The notes below the pieces were generated by a model. That model worked only from the letters and a program-made list of their open reading frames with translations, did not search any database and was not told the DNA's origin. The position numbers and the translations under genes are program-made. DNA of 64,000 nucleotides from Microcoleus sp. (GTDB taxonomy: Bacteria > Cyanobacteriota > Cyanobacteriia > Cyanobacteriales > Microcoleaceae): contig JAYFMW010000005.1 in NCBI GenBank assembly GCA_042408215.1, positions 224,001 through 288,000 of the forward strand. The letters are read 5' to 3'. Numbering within the stretch: the stretch's first letter is position 1; every line of letters begins with the position of its first letter. Positions 1 to 10,193 of the stretch are shown in pieces.

Positions 1-21
1 TGTAATCTAAAGAGGAAAAAG

Positions 22-1053
22 ATGATGAGCGGAAAAAGGCTGTTTAGGGCTGTTTTTGCTGGTGTCACAACTGGTTTGGCGATTCCCTTCGGGATAGCTT
101 CGCTTCACGCACTTTTGACACCAAAACCGCTGGTAGCACAGACTGAAGTGCCGATTACAGAAATTCGCTGGTTTAATTATTCTCCTAAAGATAGTTGGCA
201 ATCTATACAATTTATTGTCCCAAATGAAGACAATACTAAATCTGTTTCTGGCGGTAAATTGCGGTTGTATCACGTTCATATTGCTAGGATGTTTGAGATT
301 TCTCATTTTCTGTGCAATCGCGATCGCACTTCTGCCGGTTACGATTGGTCTTACGAGGTAGCCAATGGTAATATTGAGGTGGGAAAAATCAAAATTAGCT
401 GCAATCTCGCCCGCGAAATTGCCACAGCTTACGGGTTGGAAAAACCGCAACTTACAGTCATTCGCCGCAATTTCGACCTGAAAAACGGTCGCCCTTCTGT
501 GGAAGAAGAAAAATATTCAATTCCGACTTTGAACCTTACTGAAACAAAAATCTCGCAGTGGATGAATTTTGTCAAGCAGTTGACCCCTATCCGCGAGAAT
601 TCTGGTGCAAACAAAGCTCGCAGCCGTTTTCCTGCGGCTCAAATTTTTCAGCAGATTAAAGGCAAAACCAGAGTGGCAGTTTTTCTCCCCAGCAGGCTGC
701 CATTATCCGATATTCAGCAACTAGATTTTGATGTGAAAGCGGGTTCCCAAGGTTATATTATTGAAATGTATTTTGGCAAAGGATGCCGCGCCGATGATTG
801 TTATTTTGGCACAGTAGAAGCTCAAAGAGATGCACCTGTTTCGCCGCCTTCGCAATTGCCAAATGATACCTATAGAAGCATTCAATTAGCTGACGGAATT
901 AGAGGAACTTTTTTTAATATTTGCGGGTCTGATTGCACTGCTTTTGTTGAGTGGCACAATGGAGGGGTGCTGTACCGCATCACAATGAAAAATGGACGGC
1001 AGCAAGAAGTTGTCCAGATGGTTAATTCTGCAATTCAAGCAGGGACACGTTAA
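22..1053 (+). CDS. Hypothetical exported protein
   Basis: 343-aa ORF with a signal-peptide-like N-terminus; no family recognised. Confidence 0.7.
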   Translation: MMSGKRLFRAVFAGVTTGLAIPFGIASLHALLTPKPLVAQTEVPITEIRWFNYSPKDSWQSIQFIVPNEDNTKSVSGGKLRLYHVHIARMFEISHFLCNRDRTSAGYDWSYEVANGNIEVGKIKISCNLAREIATAYGLEKPQLTVIRRNFDLKNGRPSVEEEKYSIPTLNLTETKISQWMNFVKQLTPIRENSGANKARSRFPAAQIFQQIKGKTRVAVFLPSRLPLSDIQQLDFDVKAGSQGYIIEMYFGKGCRADDCYFGTVEAQRDAPVSPPSQLPNDTYRSIQLADGIRGTFFNICGSDCTAFVEWHNGGVLYRITMKNGRQQEVVQMVNSAIQAGTR

Positions 1054-1227
1054 TTTTTGATGAATATTGGAGGTGGGAGATCAATTTTATGTCTTCCTAT
1101 TCGATCATTTAAAATCGCTAACAAACATTTTTAAGTAGAAGGAAGAAGGAAGAAGGAAGAATGCTCATACAGCAAGCTTTTTAGCCACCTGTATCTTACG
1201 TTTAATTAGGTGGATTTACTTATTCAG

Positions 1228-1350
1228 TCACTCGGCGATTGAAATCCCTACTACACAAACGAAGTCCCTGCTGAGGGGGACTAAAGAATATCTGATTCTT
1301 TTTTCCCATCGGCATAGGAAGTAACGAGCTACATCAATAGCACTTTTCAT
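1228..1350 (-). pseudogene. N-terminal fragment of a Panacea/SocA (DUF4065)-like antitoxin
   Basis: MKSAIDVARYFLCR resembles the DUF4065 N-terminus, then diverges and stops after 40 aa. Confidence 0.45.
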
Positions 1351-1791
1351 AGTTTTAGCATGATAGTAATTTGATGGATTCACTTTGAATTGTAAGCTAT
1401 TCCGAGTGTTTGTACCAGTTGCGATCGCGAACATCCTCATAAAAATTCAGATCGCCGGCACTAAATATTTGCTCTGGGGGGTGAGTCGGCGGGGGGGATG
1501 TGAAAGTCAGCAGTAGCGGTTCCAAGTCGTGAAACTCGTCTGGCCAACCTGGTTCCTCCGAATCAACGCTCGGCCAATCATACATCGTCGGCAGCTTTTC
1601 CTTCGATCGATCGGCTCAGTTTGCTGGGCGGAATGGGTGATGGGAAACATCAGGTGGGCTGACTGGTAGTGGCGGTCAAAGTCTGATATTTATATTTTAT
1701 CCCCTGAATTATCCCAACCGCCGATTAAAGTCCCCACCTGCGGTAGGCTAGATCAGGTGAATATATTGGCTCATTTCAAGCGATCGATCTT

Positions 1792-2763
1792 ATGTCTCCA
1801 ACCGCATCTGCTCCCTCCCGAACCGTCCGCATCGGTTCCCGCAAAAGCCAACTCGCTTTAGTCCAAACACATTGGGTGCAAGCAGAGCTACAGAAACATT
1901 TCCCGCAACACACTTTTGAAGTCCACACGATGTCCACCCAAGGGGACATAATTCTTGATGTAGCCCTCGCTAAAATTGGTGATAAAGGGCTTTTTACCAA
2001 AGAGTTAGAAACGGGAATGCTGAACAATGAAACGGATTTTGCCGTTCATTCCCTGAAAGATTTGCCTACCAATTTGCCCGAAGGTTTAATTTTAGGATGC
2101 GTCACCGAACGGGAAAATCCCGCTGACGCCCTGGTAGTTCACGAAAAACACAAAGACAAGCAACTTGATACGCTGCCAGAAGGTGCGGTGATCGGCACTT
2201 CTTCCCTCAGACGACTTGCTCAACTGCGGCATCATTTCCCTCATTTTGAATTTAAAGATATTCGCGGCAATCTGAATACTCGACTGGCTAAATTAGATGA
2301 TGGCGGTTACGACGCGATTATTTTAGCAGTGGCGGGATTGGAAAGATTGGGTATGGGCGATCGCATCCACCAAGTTATCGCTCCCGAAATCTCCCTCCAC
2401 GCCGTCGGACAAGGTGCTCTGGGCATCGAATGCCGCGCCGGAGATCCAGAAATTCTGCAAGTGATTAAAGCTCTGGAACACTCTGAAACTGCCCAAAGAT
2501 GTTATGCTGAACGGGCATTTTTGCGGGAATTGGAAGGCGGCTGTCAAGTGCCGATAGGAGTCAATACCAACATCGAAAACGGTCAATTAACTTTAACCGG
2601 AATGGTATCTAGTTTAGACGGTCTGCGGTTAGTGAAAGATACTGTTAGTGGCGCGGCAGAAACTGCTGAACTGCTGGGAATTGACCTCGCTCACCGCTTG
2701 CGTGCACAGGGAGCAAGTGAAATTTTGGAGGAAATTTTCCTCGAAGTTCAGCGCGGTTCATAA
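1792..2763 (+). CDS. hemC: Hydroxymethylbilane synthase (porphobilinogen deaminase)
   Basis: [46 protein letters not shown] motifs. Confidence 0.98.
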   Translation: MSPTASAPSRTVRIGSRKSQLALVQTHWVQAELQKHFPQHTFEVHTMSTQGDIILDVALAKIGDKGLFTKELETGMLNNETDFAVHSLKDLPTNLPEGLILGCVTERENPADALVVHEKHKDKQLDTLPEGAVIGTSSLRRLAQLRHHFPHFEFKDIRGNLNTRLAKLDDGGYDAIILAVAGLERLGMGDRIHQVIAPEISLHAVGQGALGIECRAGDPEILQVIKALEHSETAQRCYAERAFLRELEGGCQVPIGVNTNIENGQLTLTGMVSSLDGLRLVKDTVSGAAETAELLGIDLAHRLRAQGASEILEEIFLEVQRGS

Positions 2764-2998
2764 AGCCGATCGGCCTCGGGGTTTTTTGACCAAAAAATCG
2801 CCTTTTTCTCAAAAAATCAGGGCGATCGCTTTTGAAAAATAGGTACGATAGCATTCTGGTTGTAGATTTTAAATGGGAATTTTAGATGATCAAATCCCCC
2901 GGTTCAAAAATATCCGAGTAATTGTCAACATACCCATCCAAAATCTACAATCAAACATCCAAAAATAATCAGCAATCTATTTCAGGAACAGGGAAAAA

Positions 2999-3826
2999 AT
3001 GAGATCTCAGGAAACTCAATTAAAGCTAGAATTGGCAAAAGTTAAGCAACTGTATGGCAAAATGCAAGCAGATCAGAAAGCTTTGCAAAAGCAATTGAAA
3101 GAGTTTAAAACTCAGGCAGGAAACTTTTCTGATGTAGTCGAGCAAGTTTTGCCGTCTGTAGTTTCAGTTTATGTGATGGATTGGGATACAGCCGAAGAAA
3201 TTTCTTCTGGCAGTGGTTTTTTTGTCTCCCCTGACATAATTGTCACTAACTATCACGTTGTCGAAGATATTGCCGATGAAGATTATTTCTACGAAGAAGA
3301 TGAAGTTGAACAGGTTTTAGTAGAAACTCAAGACGGAAAATTGAGACTCGCAGAGGTGGTTTTTACTGGCAATGCGGAAGAAGATTTGGCATTGCTTTTG
3401 ATTACTGGTTTTGTGATTGACCCGGCCACAGGGGAACAAGTAGAATCTCCTCAAGAATATCCTCCTTTAGAGTTGTCTTTTGATGTGAAAGTGGGCGATC
3501 GAGTAATTGCTGTGGGAAATCCTTTGGGACAGTTTGCTTCTACTGTAACTCAGGGGATTATTAGTGGAATTCGCGAACCGGATGAGTATGAGGAAGCTGA
3601 GGAAGATGAGGATGATATTGCGGAGGTGAAGGTGTTGCAAACTGATGCGGTGATTAATCCGGGAAATTCTGGTGGCCCGTTGATTAATATGGCTGGTCAG
3701 GTGGTTGGGGTGAATACGTGGGGATGGGAGGATGCTGATAGTCTTAATTTGGCGATCGCCTCGATCGCTTTGGATGACTTTTTAGCGGGTTTTGAGGAGA
3801 CTTTTGAGGATGATTCTAAGAATTAG
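2999..3826 (+). CDS. Trypsin-like S1C serine protease, acidic, no PDZ domain
   Basis: Catalytic triad motifs TNYHVV, EDLALL and INPGNSGGPL; coiled-coil-like N-terminus. Confidence 0.9.
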   Translation: MRSQETQLKLELAKVKQLYGKMQADQKALQKQLKEFKTQAGNFSDVVEQVLPSVVSVYVMDWDTAEEISSGSGFFVSPDIIVTNYHVVEDIADEDYFYEEDEVEQVLVETQDGKLRLAEVVFTGNAEEDLALLLITGFVIDPATGEQVESPQEYPPLELSFDVKVGDRVIAVGNPLGQFASTVTQGIISGIREPDEYEEAEEDEDDIAEVKVLQTDAVINPGNSGGPLINMAGQVVGVNTWGWEDADSLNLAIASIALDDFLAGFEETFEDDSKN

Positions 3827-3858
3827 TGGGTAGTTATTGGTAATTTTTGATTGGGGCG

Positions 3859-3879
3859 TTGGCGAAGCCCTCGAAGAGG
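3859..3879. repeat. 21-nt small dispersed repeat (SDR5-like) inserted in a HIP1 site
   Basis: GCG|TTGGCGAAGCCCTCGAAGAGG|ATCGC; removing the 21 nt restores GCGATCGC. Confidence 0.7.
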
Positions 3880-4326
3880 ATCGCTCTTTTTGTCACCGTA
3901 TATCCACGTAGATTGACGCGGATGGATGAAAAGGGCGATCGCTTTTTTAAATTACATTTCACTCATAGCAACTGGAATGGGTTGCAGAGAAATTTAGCAA
4001 ACAGATATCTCAAAGCTTTTTCCAGCTACTATAGACATTTAGGTGACAGTTGTCTGTTTTTACGCAGAATCTCAGCTTTTGTAACAAACATTTACGCGAT
4101 CGCTCTTTCTTGCCGCAGACGGTGACGCACAGATGGGGCGATCGCACTCTCATCCCAACGCCCTCTCATCCCAAAAAGCGATCGCACTCTTTTTAACCGC
4201 AGATTTCCCGACGCCGATCGGAGAATCGCGATCGAACATTATTTGTTTGCCACGGCCGCGTTAATAATGTGACGCTCCCATTTAAACTTAATCTAGACTA
4301 ATTACCTAAAGGAACGCACAAAAATA

Positions 4327-5766
4327 ATGCGAATTCTATTTGTATCGGCAGAAGCAGCACCCCTCGCCAAAGTGGGCGGTATGGGCGATGTCGTCGGCGC
4401 TTTGCCCAAATTCCTGCGACGCATGGGCCACGATGTCCGCATCTTCATGCCCTACTACGGGTTCATCCCCGACAAAATGGATGTTCCCAAAAAACCTGTT
4501 TGGGAAGGTGCCGCCATGTTCCAAACCTTCTCCATCTTTGAAACTGTTTTGCCGGGAACCGATGTTCCTTTATACTTATTGCAACATCCATCTTTCTTGC
4601 CCCGCCGCATTTACGGTGGCCTAGATGAAGACTGGAGATTTACTTTCTTTTCCAATGCTGCGGCTGAATTTGCCTGGAATCACTGGAAGCCACAAATCAT
4701 CCACTGTCACGACTGGCATACGGGGATGATACCTGTTTGGATGCACCAAGACCCGGATATTAGCACTGTTTTTACTATTCACAATTTAGCATATCAAGGG
4801 CCGTGGCGCTGGCGTTTAGAGCAGATGACTTGGTGTCCTTGGTATATGCAAGGTCACAATACAATGGCAGCAGCAGTGCAGTTTGCCGATCGAGTAAATA
4901 CAGTTTCGCCAACTTATGCCGAGCAAATCAAAACAGCAGCTTACGGGGAAACCTTAGAAGGTTTGCTATCTTTTCTGGGTGGCAAGGTATCGGGAATTTT
5001 GAATGGAATTGATACGGAATCTTACAACCCGGCTACTGATAAGTACATCCCTCAACAATTCACGGCTGATACAATTGAAAAGCGCCCATCGAACAAAATA
5101 GCCCTGCAAGAAGAAGTCGGTTTAGAAGTCAATAAAAATGCCTTTTTGATTGGCATTGTCAGCCGGCTGGTAGAACAGAAGGGATTGGATTTAATCATTC
5201 AAATGCTCGATCGCTTCATGGCCTATACCGACGCTCAATTTATTGTACTCGGAACGGGCGATCGCTACTACGAAACCCAACTCTGGCAAATGACTGCCCG
5301 CTATCCCGGCCGGATGTCCACCCAACTACTGTACAACGATGCCCTTTCTCGGCGCATTTACGCAGGCTGCGACACCTTCCTAATGCCGAGTCGTTTCGAG
5401 CCCTGCGGCATCAGCCAAATGCTCGCCCTCCGCTACGGCTGCGTACCAATGGTGCGCCGCACCGGCGGTTTAGTCGATACCGTCTCCCACAACGACCCGA
5501 TCAACAACACTGGTACGGGTTACTGTTTCGATCGCTACGAACCACTCGACTTGTTCACCTGCATGATCCGAACTTGGGAAGGTTTCCGCTACAAAGATAA
5601 GTGGAAAGAACTGCAACAGCGCGGCATGAGAGAAGATTTTAGCTGGCATATTTCTGCCAAGAAATATGTCCAGTTGTACGGCGATGTTTTAGGATTACCA
5701 CCGGAAGCAATCTGCACCAGAACAACCAGAATTGATCCTTGGCAAGGGTTAATGGGTAATCGGTAA
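4327..5766 (+). CDS. glgA: Glycogen synthase
   Basis: [32 protein letters not shown] motifs. Confidence 0.97.
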   Translation: MRILFVSAEAAPLAKVGGMGDVVGALPKFLRRMGHDVRIFMPYYGFIPDKMDVPKKPVWEGAAMFQTFSIFETVLPGTDVPLYLLQHPSFLPRRIYGGLDEDWRFTFFSNAAAEFAWNHWKPQIIHCHDWHTGMIPVWMHQDPDISTVFTIHNLAYQGPWRWRLEQMTWCPWYMQGHNTMAAAVQFADRVNTVSPTYAEQIKTAAYGETLEGLLSFLGGKVSGILNGIDTESYNPATDKYIPQQFTADTIEKRPSNKIALQEEVGLEVNKNAFLIGIVSRLVEQKGLDLIIQMLDRFMAYTDAQFIVLGTGDRYYETQLWQMTARYPGRMSTQLLYNDALSRRIYAGCDTFLMPSRFEPCGISQMLALRYGCVPMVRRTGGLVDTVSHNDPINNTGTGYCFDRYEPLDLFTCMIRTWEGFRYKDKWKELQQRGMREDFSWHISAKKYVQLYGDVLGLPPEAICTRTTRIDPWQGLMGNR

Positions 5767-5853
5767 TCGGTAATTGGTAATTGGTAATCGGTAATTGGTA
5801 ATGGGTAATCGGTAATTGGTAATTGGTAATTGGTAATGGGTAATTGGTAATCG
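5752..5853. repeat. STRR heptamer tract (GGTAATT/GGTAATC)
   Basis: Tandem heptamers overlapping the glgA stop. Confidence 0.9.
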
Positions 5854-6026
5854 GCTTTCTTACCATCAATCTTGAAGTTTTAACCTCCAATTACCTTTCT
5901 CCCAATGCCCAATTCCCGATACTTCGACGGAGTTTATCCTGAGCCCTTCGGCGAAGCTGACGGGTCAACTCCGTCGCAGGGATCAGCACAAGTGCCCGAT
6001 GCCCAATTCCAATTCCCAATTCCTAA

Positions 6027-6476
6027 TTAATCAACAAATAAATCAAGAGGTAAATGACCATAAGTACCGGTAACTCCTGCTTCCTCAGCGGATTGGCACG
6101 ACACCAAAACGCCACGGTAAGTTCCGGGATAGCCCTCAACATAATACGACCCCTTCAAAGTATTAAATTTAATATAAACCGAACCCGCCAATGAAGAGAC
6201 AGCATTTGGTTCAAAAACAGGTTGATAGCCCAAAGCTTTTAAATAGGTTTCTAAAGCTAAAAAACCCTCATTTGTCGAAGATGCACAGACACCTAGCATT
6301 TGGTAATCTGACAAACTTGCTACCAGCAATATCGCTTCACGAAGCGCCTGTTTGTCTAATGGAGAAGCTACAGATTGCATATCTAGACAGGTGAAGTCTT
6401 TCAGGATTTGCTGTGCTTTTTCAACAGTTAAGTTAGTCAGATTTTGAGTAAACATGAATTGCTCTGATATTCCCAA
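6027..6476 (-). CDS. DUF1824-family protein
   Basis: SDYQMLGVCA, YRGVLVSCQS, TYGHLPLDLF; the true start may be near 6455. Confidence 0.85.
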   Translation of the reverse strand: MGISEQFMFTQNLTNLTVEKAQQILKDFTCLDMQSVASPLDKQALREAILLVASLSDYQMLGVCASSTNEGFLALETYLKALGYQPVFEPNAVSSLAGSVYIKFNTLKGSYYVEGYPGTYRGVLVSCQSAEEAGVTGTYGHLPLDLFVD

Positions 6477-6601
6477 AAATTACGATCGACACTTCCGCAC
6501 TCGTCAGCGGAACTCTGCCATTGCAAACCACAACCTTCCATCGACGGTGACAGTTGCACAGCTTCTAATTATACCATTGTGCGATCGAGCATTTTCTCTC
6601 T

Positions 6602-7681
6602 TTGTACCTTTGCAGTCAAATGTGCGATCGCCAGCATGACACAATCTACCTAGATTCTAAAGAGATCACAAAAATTTCCTCCCTATTGCTGAACTTGCCT
6701 CTATTAATGATAAACATAAATAGGACAAAAACCGAGGACGAGCCCATGAGCAACAACCAATTGCTAGAAAACGTAAAAATCTTGCGAAAATTTCTATTTC
6801 GCCTGCTACACAAAGCCAAACTTACCTACTTAATCCTGATCTTTGTCATCAGTTTAGGTATTTCCGGCTGGAGTAGAGAATCTGCTACTCTCAGAATTCC
6901 TATTATCGGCTTTCACGACATTATAGATGCTCAAAAAACAGCCGACTTGCCACCTCGCAGACCCGCCTTTGAAAATGACTACACCAAACAAGATTTGTCA
7001 GTGTTTTTAGAATATTTATTTCAACAAAACTATTGGTTTTTATCATCTCAAGACTTGTATGTCTATTTCATAGACAAGTCTCAACCCATACCAGAGCAAC
7101 ACCAGGGTCAAAAACCAATTATGATTACCTTTGACGACGGCTACAAAGGCGTTCATACCAATGCACTTCCCCTCCTGAAAAAACTGTCGCTGCTCTATAA
7201 AGAAAACGGTAAATTTGTGTTATTCGTCAATCCTCACTTCTTGGGTATTGCTATGGGCGGAAAATTTTTGCCCCACACTACTTGCAACGATTTAAGAGAA
7301 GGATATCAAAAGGGTTTTTATGACATTCAATCTCACGGTTTCACTCACAAAAACTTAACTGAACTCAATGGGCAAGATTTAGAGTTAGAAATTTCTAAAT
7401 CTAAATTAGCTTTGAGAAAATGTATGGGCGACTTAGACAAAAATAAAATTATCGGCGCTCATATAGCCTATCCCTACGGCGCATCAGACAGCGAAGTGGA
7501 AAAGATTTTGCCTAAATATCATTTAACTGGCTTTTTGTACAATGACAGATTTTTGAGAGTACAGCGCCTGAGAAATAACTATCGTATCTCTCGTATAACT
7601 ACTGACAGAAATACGTCCCCTAGAGATTTAATTCGGGTAGCTCAAAAGGCTTCAACTTTCAGACAAAAAAACTGGTTTTAG
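6602..7681 (+). CDS. Polysaccharide deacetylase family protein
   Basis: ITFDDGY, IQSHGFTH, AYPYG NodB motifs; true start probably downstream (about 6707-6746). Confidence 0.9.
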   Translation: MYLCSQMCDRQHDTIYLDSKEITKISSLLLNLPLLMININRTKTEDEPMSNNQLLENVKILRKFLFRLLHKAKLTYLILIFVISLGISGWSRESATLRIPIIGFHDIIDAQKTADLPPRRPAFENDYTKQDLSVFLEYLFQQNYWFLSSQDLYVYFIDKSQPIPEQHQGQKPIMITFDDGYKGVHTNALPLLKKLSLLYKENGKFVLFVNPHFLGIAMGGKFLPHTTCNDLREGYQKGFYDIQSHGFTHKNLTELNGQDLELEISKSKLALRKCMGDLDKNKIIGAHIAYPYGASDSEVEKILPKYHLTGFLYNDRFLRVQRLRNNYRISRITTDRNTSPRDLIRVAQKASTFRQKNWF

Positions 7682-7732
7682 TACAAAAAACTCGTTTTTG
7701 TACTAAACTACAGCGTATTCCAAGTTTATGAA

Positions 7733-7972
7733 GTAGGGACACTCCAGGAGCCCATTGGTGTCAACAACCAGCCTGAAAGCCTTGATAAATCTCGTTTTTA
7801 GCTGAGTCTAGATCCCCCTAAATCCCCCTTAAGAAGGGGGACTTAAAGAGGCTTCCTGTCCCCCCCTTCTTAAGGGGGGCTAGGGGGGATCTAGGCTTAA
7901 TAGTCAAACAGCAGTCTCTGACTGGGTTTGAAGTTAAGTTGACACAAAGAAGGGCTCTTGGAGTGTCCCTAG
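7733..7972. mobile_element. Composite element: GTAG-type REP shell containing a GGTGTCAAC...GTTGACAC MITE with CCCCCTTAAGAAGGGGG palindromes
   Basis: Outer inverted repeats TAGGGACACTCC/GGAGTGTCCCTA; homologous copy at 34153-34391. Confidence 0.75.
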
Positions 7973-8056
7973 GGTGGGGATAGATCGATCTGGGGTGTCC
8001 TTCATAAATGTGGAATCTGCTGTATGTCCGCCGAGTTTTTACGGATTTTTTCAAGT

Positions 8057-8752
8057 TTAAATGAGCCCGCGTTTTTTCAACTTTGCTAGTGCATCTTCCG
8101 CTGCATTTTTTTCAGCATCTTTTTTACTTTTACCTTTACCTTCTCCATAGGGTTTCTCTGCGACATAAACTTTAGCGAGAAATTCGGGAGCGTGAGGTGC
8201 ACCTCCTGCTTGGATTGTCACATATTTGGGAGGAGTTGTGTCACCGCTGGCTTGTACCCATTCCTGAAAGCGGTTTTTTGAGTCTACAAGGTTTTTTGGC
8301 CCAGTATCCGACTGAGGATAAACCATACTATTAGCCACTGGAATAAACAGCTTTTTAACAAAGGCGCGGACAGGTGTAATGGTTGAGTCGAGATAGTACG
8401 CACCAATAATCGCTTCAAAAGTATCGCAAAGCAAAGAGGGATTTTGGCGACCTTTATCTTGTTCTGCCCCTTTTCCCAGGCGCATTAACTTACCTATACC
8501 TAGTTGTTCAGCAAACTTTGCTAGCTGATTTTGATCGACTAATCCAGAGCGCAAGCGAGTTAATTGAGCTTCGGTAAAATCTTCATAGTGCTTATACAAG
8601 ATTTCGCCGACTAGATAACCTAGCAGGGCGTCGCCAAGGAATTCTAGTCGCTCGTTGTGTTCGCCTGCTTCTGGGTATTCGTTAACGTAGGAACGGTGAG
8701 TGAGCGCGTGAATGAGAAGTGATTCATTTTTAAATTTGGGAAGTTTGTACAT
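8057..8752 (-). CDS. rnc: Ribonuclease III with canonical catalytic residues and dsRBD
   Basis: ALTHRSY, NERLEFLGDA, CDTFEAIIGA, KNRFQEWVQ, GKSKKDAEKNAA. Confidence 0.95.
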   Translation of the reverse strand: MYKLPKFKNESLLIHALTHRSYVNEYPEAGEHNERLEFLGDALLGYLVGEILYKHYEDFTEAQLTRLRSGLVDQNQLAKFAEQLGIGKLMRLGKGAEQDKGRQNPSLLCDTFEAIIGAYYLDSTITPVRAFVKKLFIPVANSMVYPQSDTGPKNLVDSKNRFQEWVQASGDTTPPKYVTIQAGGAPHAPEFLAKVYVAEKPYGEGKGKSKKDAEKNAAEDALAKLKKRGLI

Positions 8753-8798
8753 TTTTATGTCTTGACTTGCTGGAAAATTAATGGCATCGAAAACCTGT

Positions 8799-10010
8799 CT
8801 ATATTAGCCGGAGTTTTTTTAGTGCGACTTCAGCAGCACGTTTTTCAGCTTCTTTTTTACTGCGACCACTACCTTTACCGTACACCTTACTATTTACGCG
8901 CACTTCAACAGCAAATTCTTTAGCATGATCTGGCCCTGCCTCCTGAATTGTGATGTATTGAGGGGTAATTGGCCCGATATTCTGCTGTACCCATTCCTGA
9001 AACCGATTTTTTGGGTCTACAAGAATGTTAGAGTCCGGTTCTGGCTGAGAAGAAATAATTTCTTCCACTACTGGCGTAAATAGCGGTTCTACAAAATCGC
9101 GGACTGCCTCAATGCCAGAATCCAGAAAATACGCGCCGATAATTGCTTCAAAAGTGTTGCTGAGTAAGGACTGCTTGGTTGTACCTCCACTTGTTGCCTC
9201 ACCCTTGCCTAACAGCATCCACTTACCGATATCCAAGTCGGCAGAAAACTTTGCCAATTGCTTGTCTTCCACCAATAAGGAACGCAGGCGAGTTAGTTCA
9301 CCTTCATTTTTATCTGAATAGTGGCGGTAGAGATATTCGCCACTTAGAAAAGTCAGCAAGGCATCGCCGAGAAATTCTAATAGCTCGTTGTCTTTGCTGA
9401 CTTTTCCAGGATTTTCGTAAAGGTAAGAGCGGTGAGTGAGTGCCTGATTTAGCAGATATGCCTCCTGAAAAGGCAGTTTTTTGAGGATTTTATCTAATCT
9501 CTCTTGAATGCGTTTTTCTTCACCAGGGGAGACAACTGAACCCTGGCGAGTTTCGTAACGGGTTTGCTCTTGAGACAAGATTCGCAGGACTTCTAGCTTT
9601 TGTTTTTCTATATTATCTGCCTGTTCTAATGCAGATACAGCCTTGAGGAGTATGGCAATACTGCCGAGAGCGCGATAGGTGTCTTCAGTGGAAAATAAGG
9701 AATTGTGTGCCCAGTTATTGCGGACTTCTATAAGTTCAAGCACTAGAGCTTTCTCACAAGGAGTTAAATGCTTTTTGAAGACATCATCCCACTGCTTTGA
9801 CACGACGGATAACAGGATCGAAATATCTTCACGCAGAATATTATCTATTTTTTTTATTTTGGGTATTTTATTGTTGGTCAAGCAATCTTGAGCCTTTGCC
9901 AGCCAGCGATCGCCGTGAACTGTCTGCATTTTCTGCTCGACATAAGGATACAATCCCTGACCTAGAATATTTAAAGCTTTGGTAACTCGTTCATGATTGC
10001 TAATAGCCAT
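8799..10010 (-). CDS. Swt1-like HEPN domain fused to ribonuclease III and dsRBD
   Basis: N-terminal MAISNHERV...EVRNNWAH...DTYRAL (Swt1-like HEPN, RxxxxH); C-terminal NELLEFLGDA, SNTFEAIIGA and dsRBD. Confidence 0.88.
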   Translation of the reverse strand: MAISNHERVTKALNILGQGLYPYVEQKMQTVHGDRWLAKAQDCLTNNKIPKIKKIDNILREDISILLSVVSKQWDDVFKKHLTPCEKALVLELIEVRNNWAHNSLFSTEDTYRALGSIAILLKAVSALEQADNIEKQKLEVLRILSQEQTRYETRQGSVVSPGEEKRIQERLDKILKKLPFQEAYLLNQALTHRSYLYENPGKVSKDNELLEFLGDALLTFLSGEYLYRHYSDKNEGELTRLRSLLVEDKQLAKFSADLDIGKWMLLGKGEATSGGTTKQSLLSNTFEAIIGAYFLDSGIEAVRDFVEPLFTPVVEEIISSQPEPDSNILVDPKNRFQEWVQQNIGPITPQYITIQEAGPDHAKEFAVEVRVNSKVYGKGSGRSKKEAEKRAAEVALKKLRLI

Positions 10011-10193
10011 CTGTTGTCTTTCCCGAAATTTCTTTATTTCTTGTTGCTACATTTAAAGTTGTGAGTTTTTCGGACACATAAGGAGTGTTGCTTAAGGATT
10101 GGCAAGAGATTAATATTTCCAAACAAATAAGATTAAAAAGTAGGCATTAATGCTACTTCTGATTTACTTATATCACAGTCCTGGATGCACTCC

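Noticed and set aside
1397..1585. 62-aa acidic, Pro-rich ORF
   Set aside because: It has no recognisable motif or ribosome-binding site, so support is insufficient.
5639..5890. 83-aa ORF with YQLPIT repeats
   Set aside because: It is a translation of an STRR tract.
7818..8054. 78-aa ORF as a third gene of the RNase III operon
   Set aside because: It is mostly encoded by the REP/MITE composite (SPLAPLKKGG).
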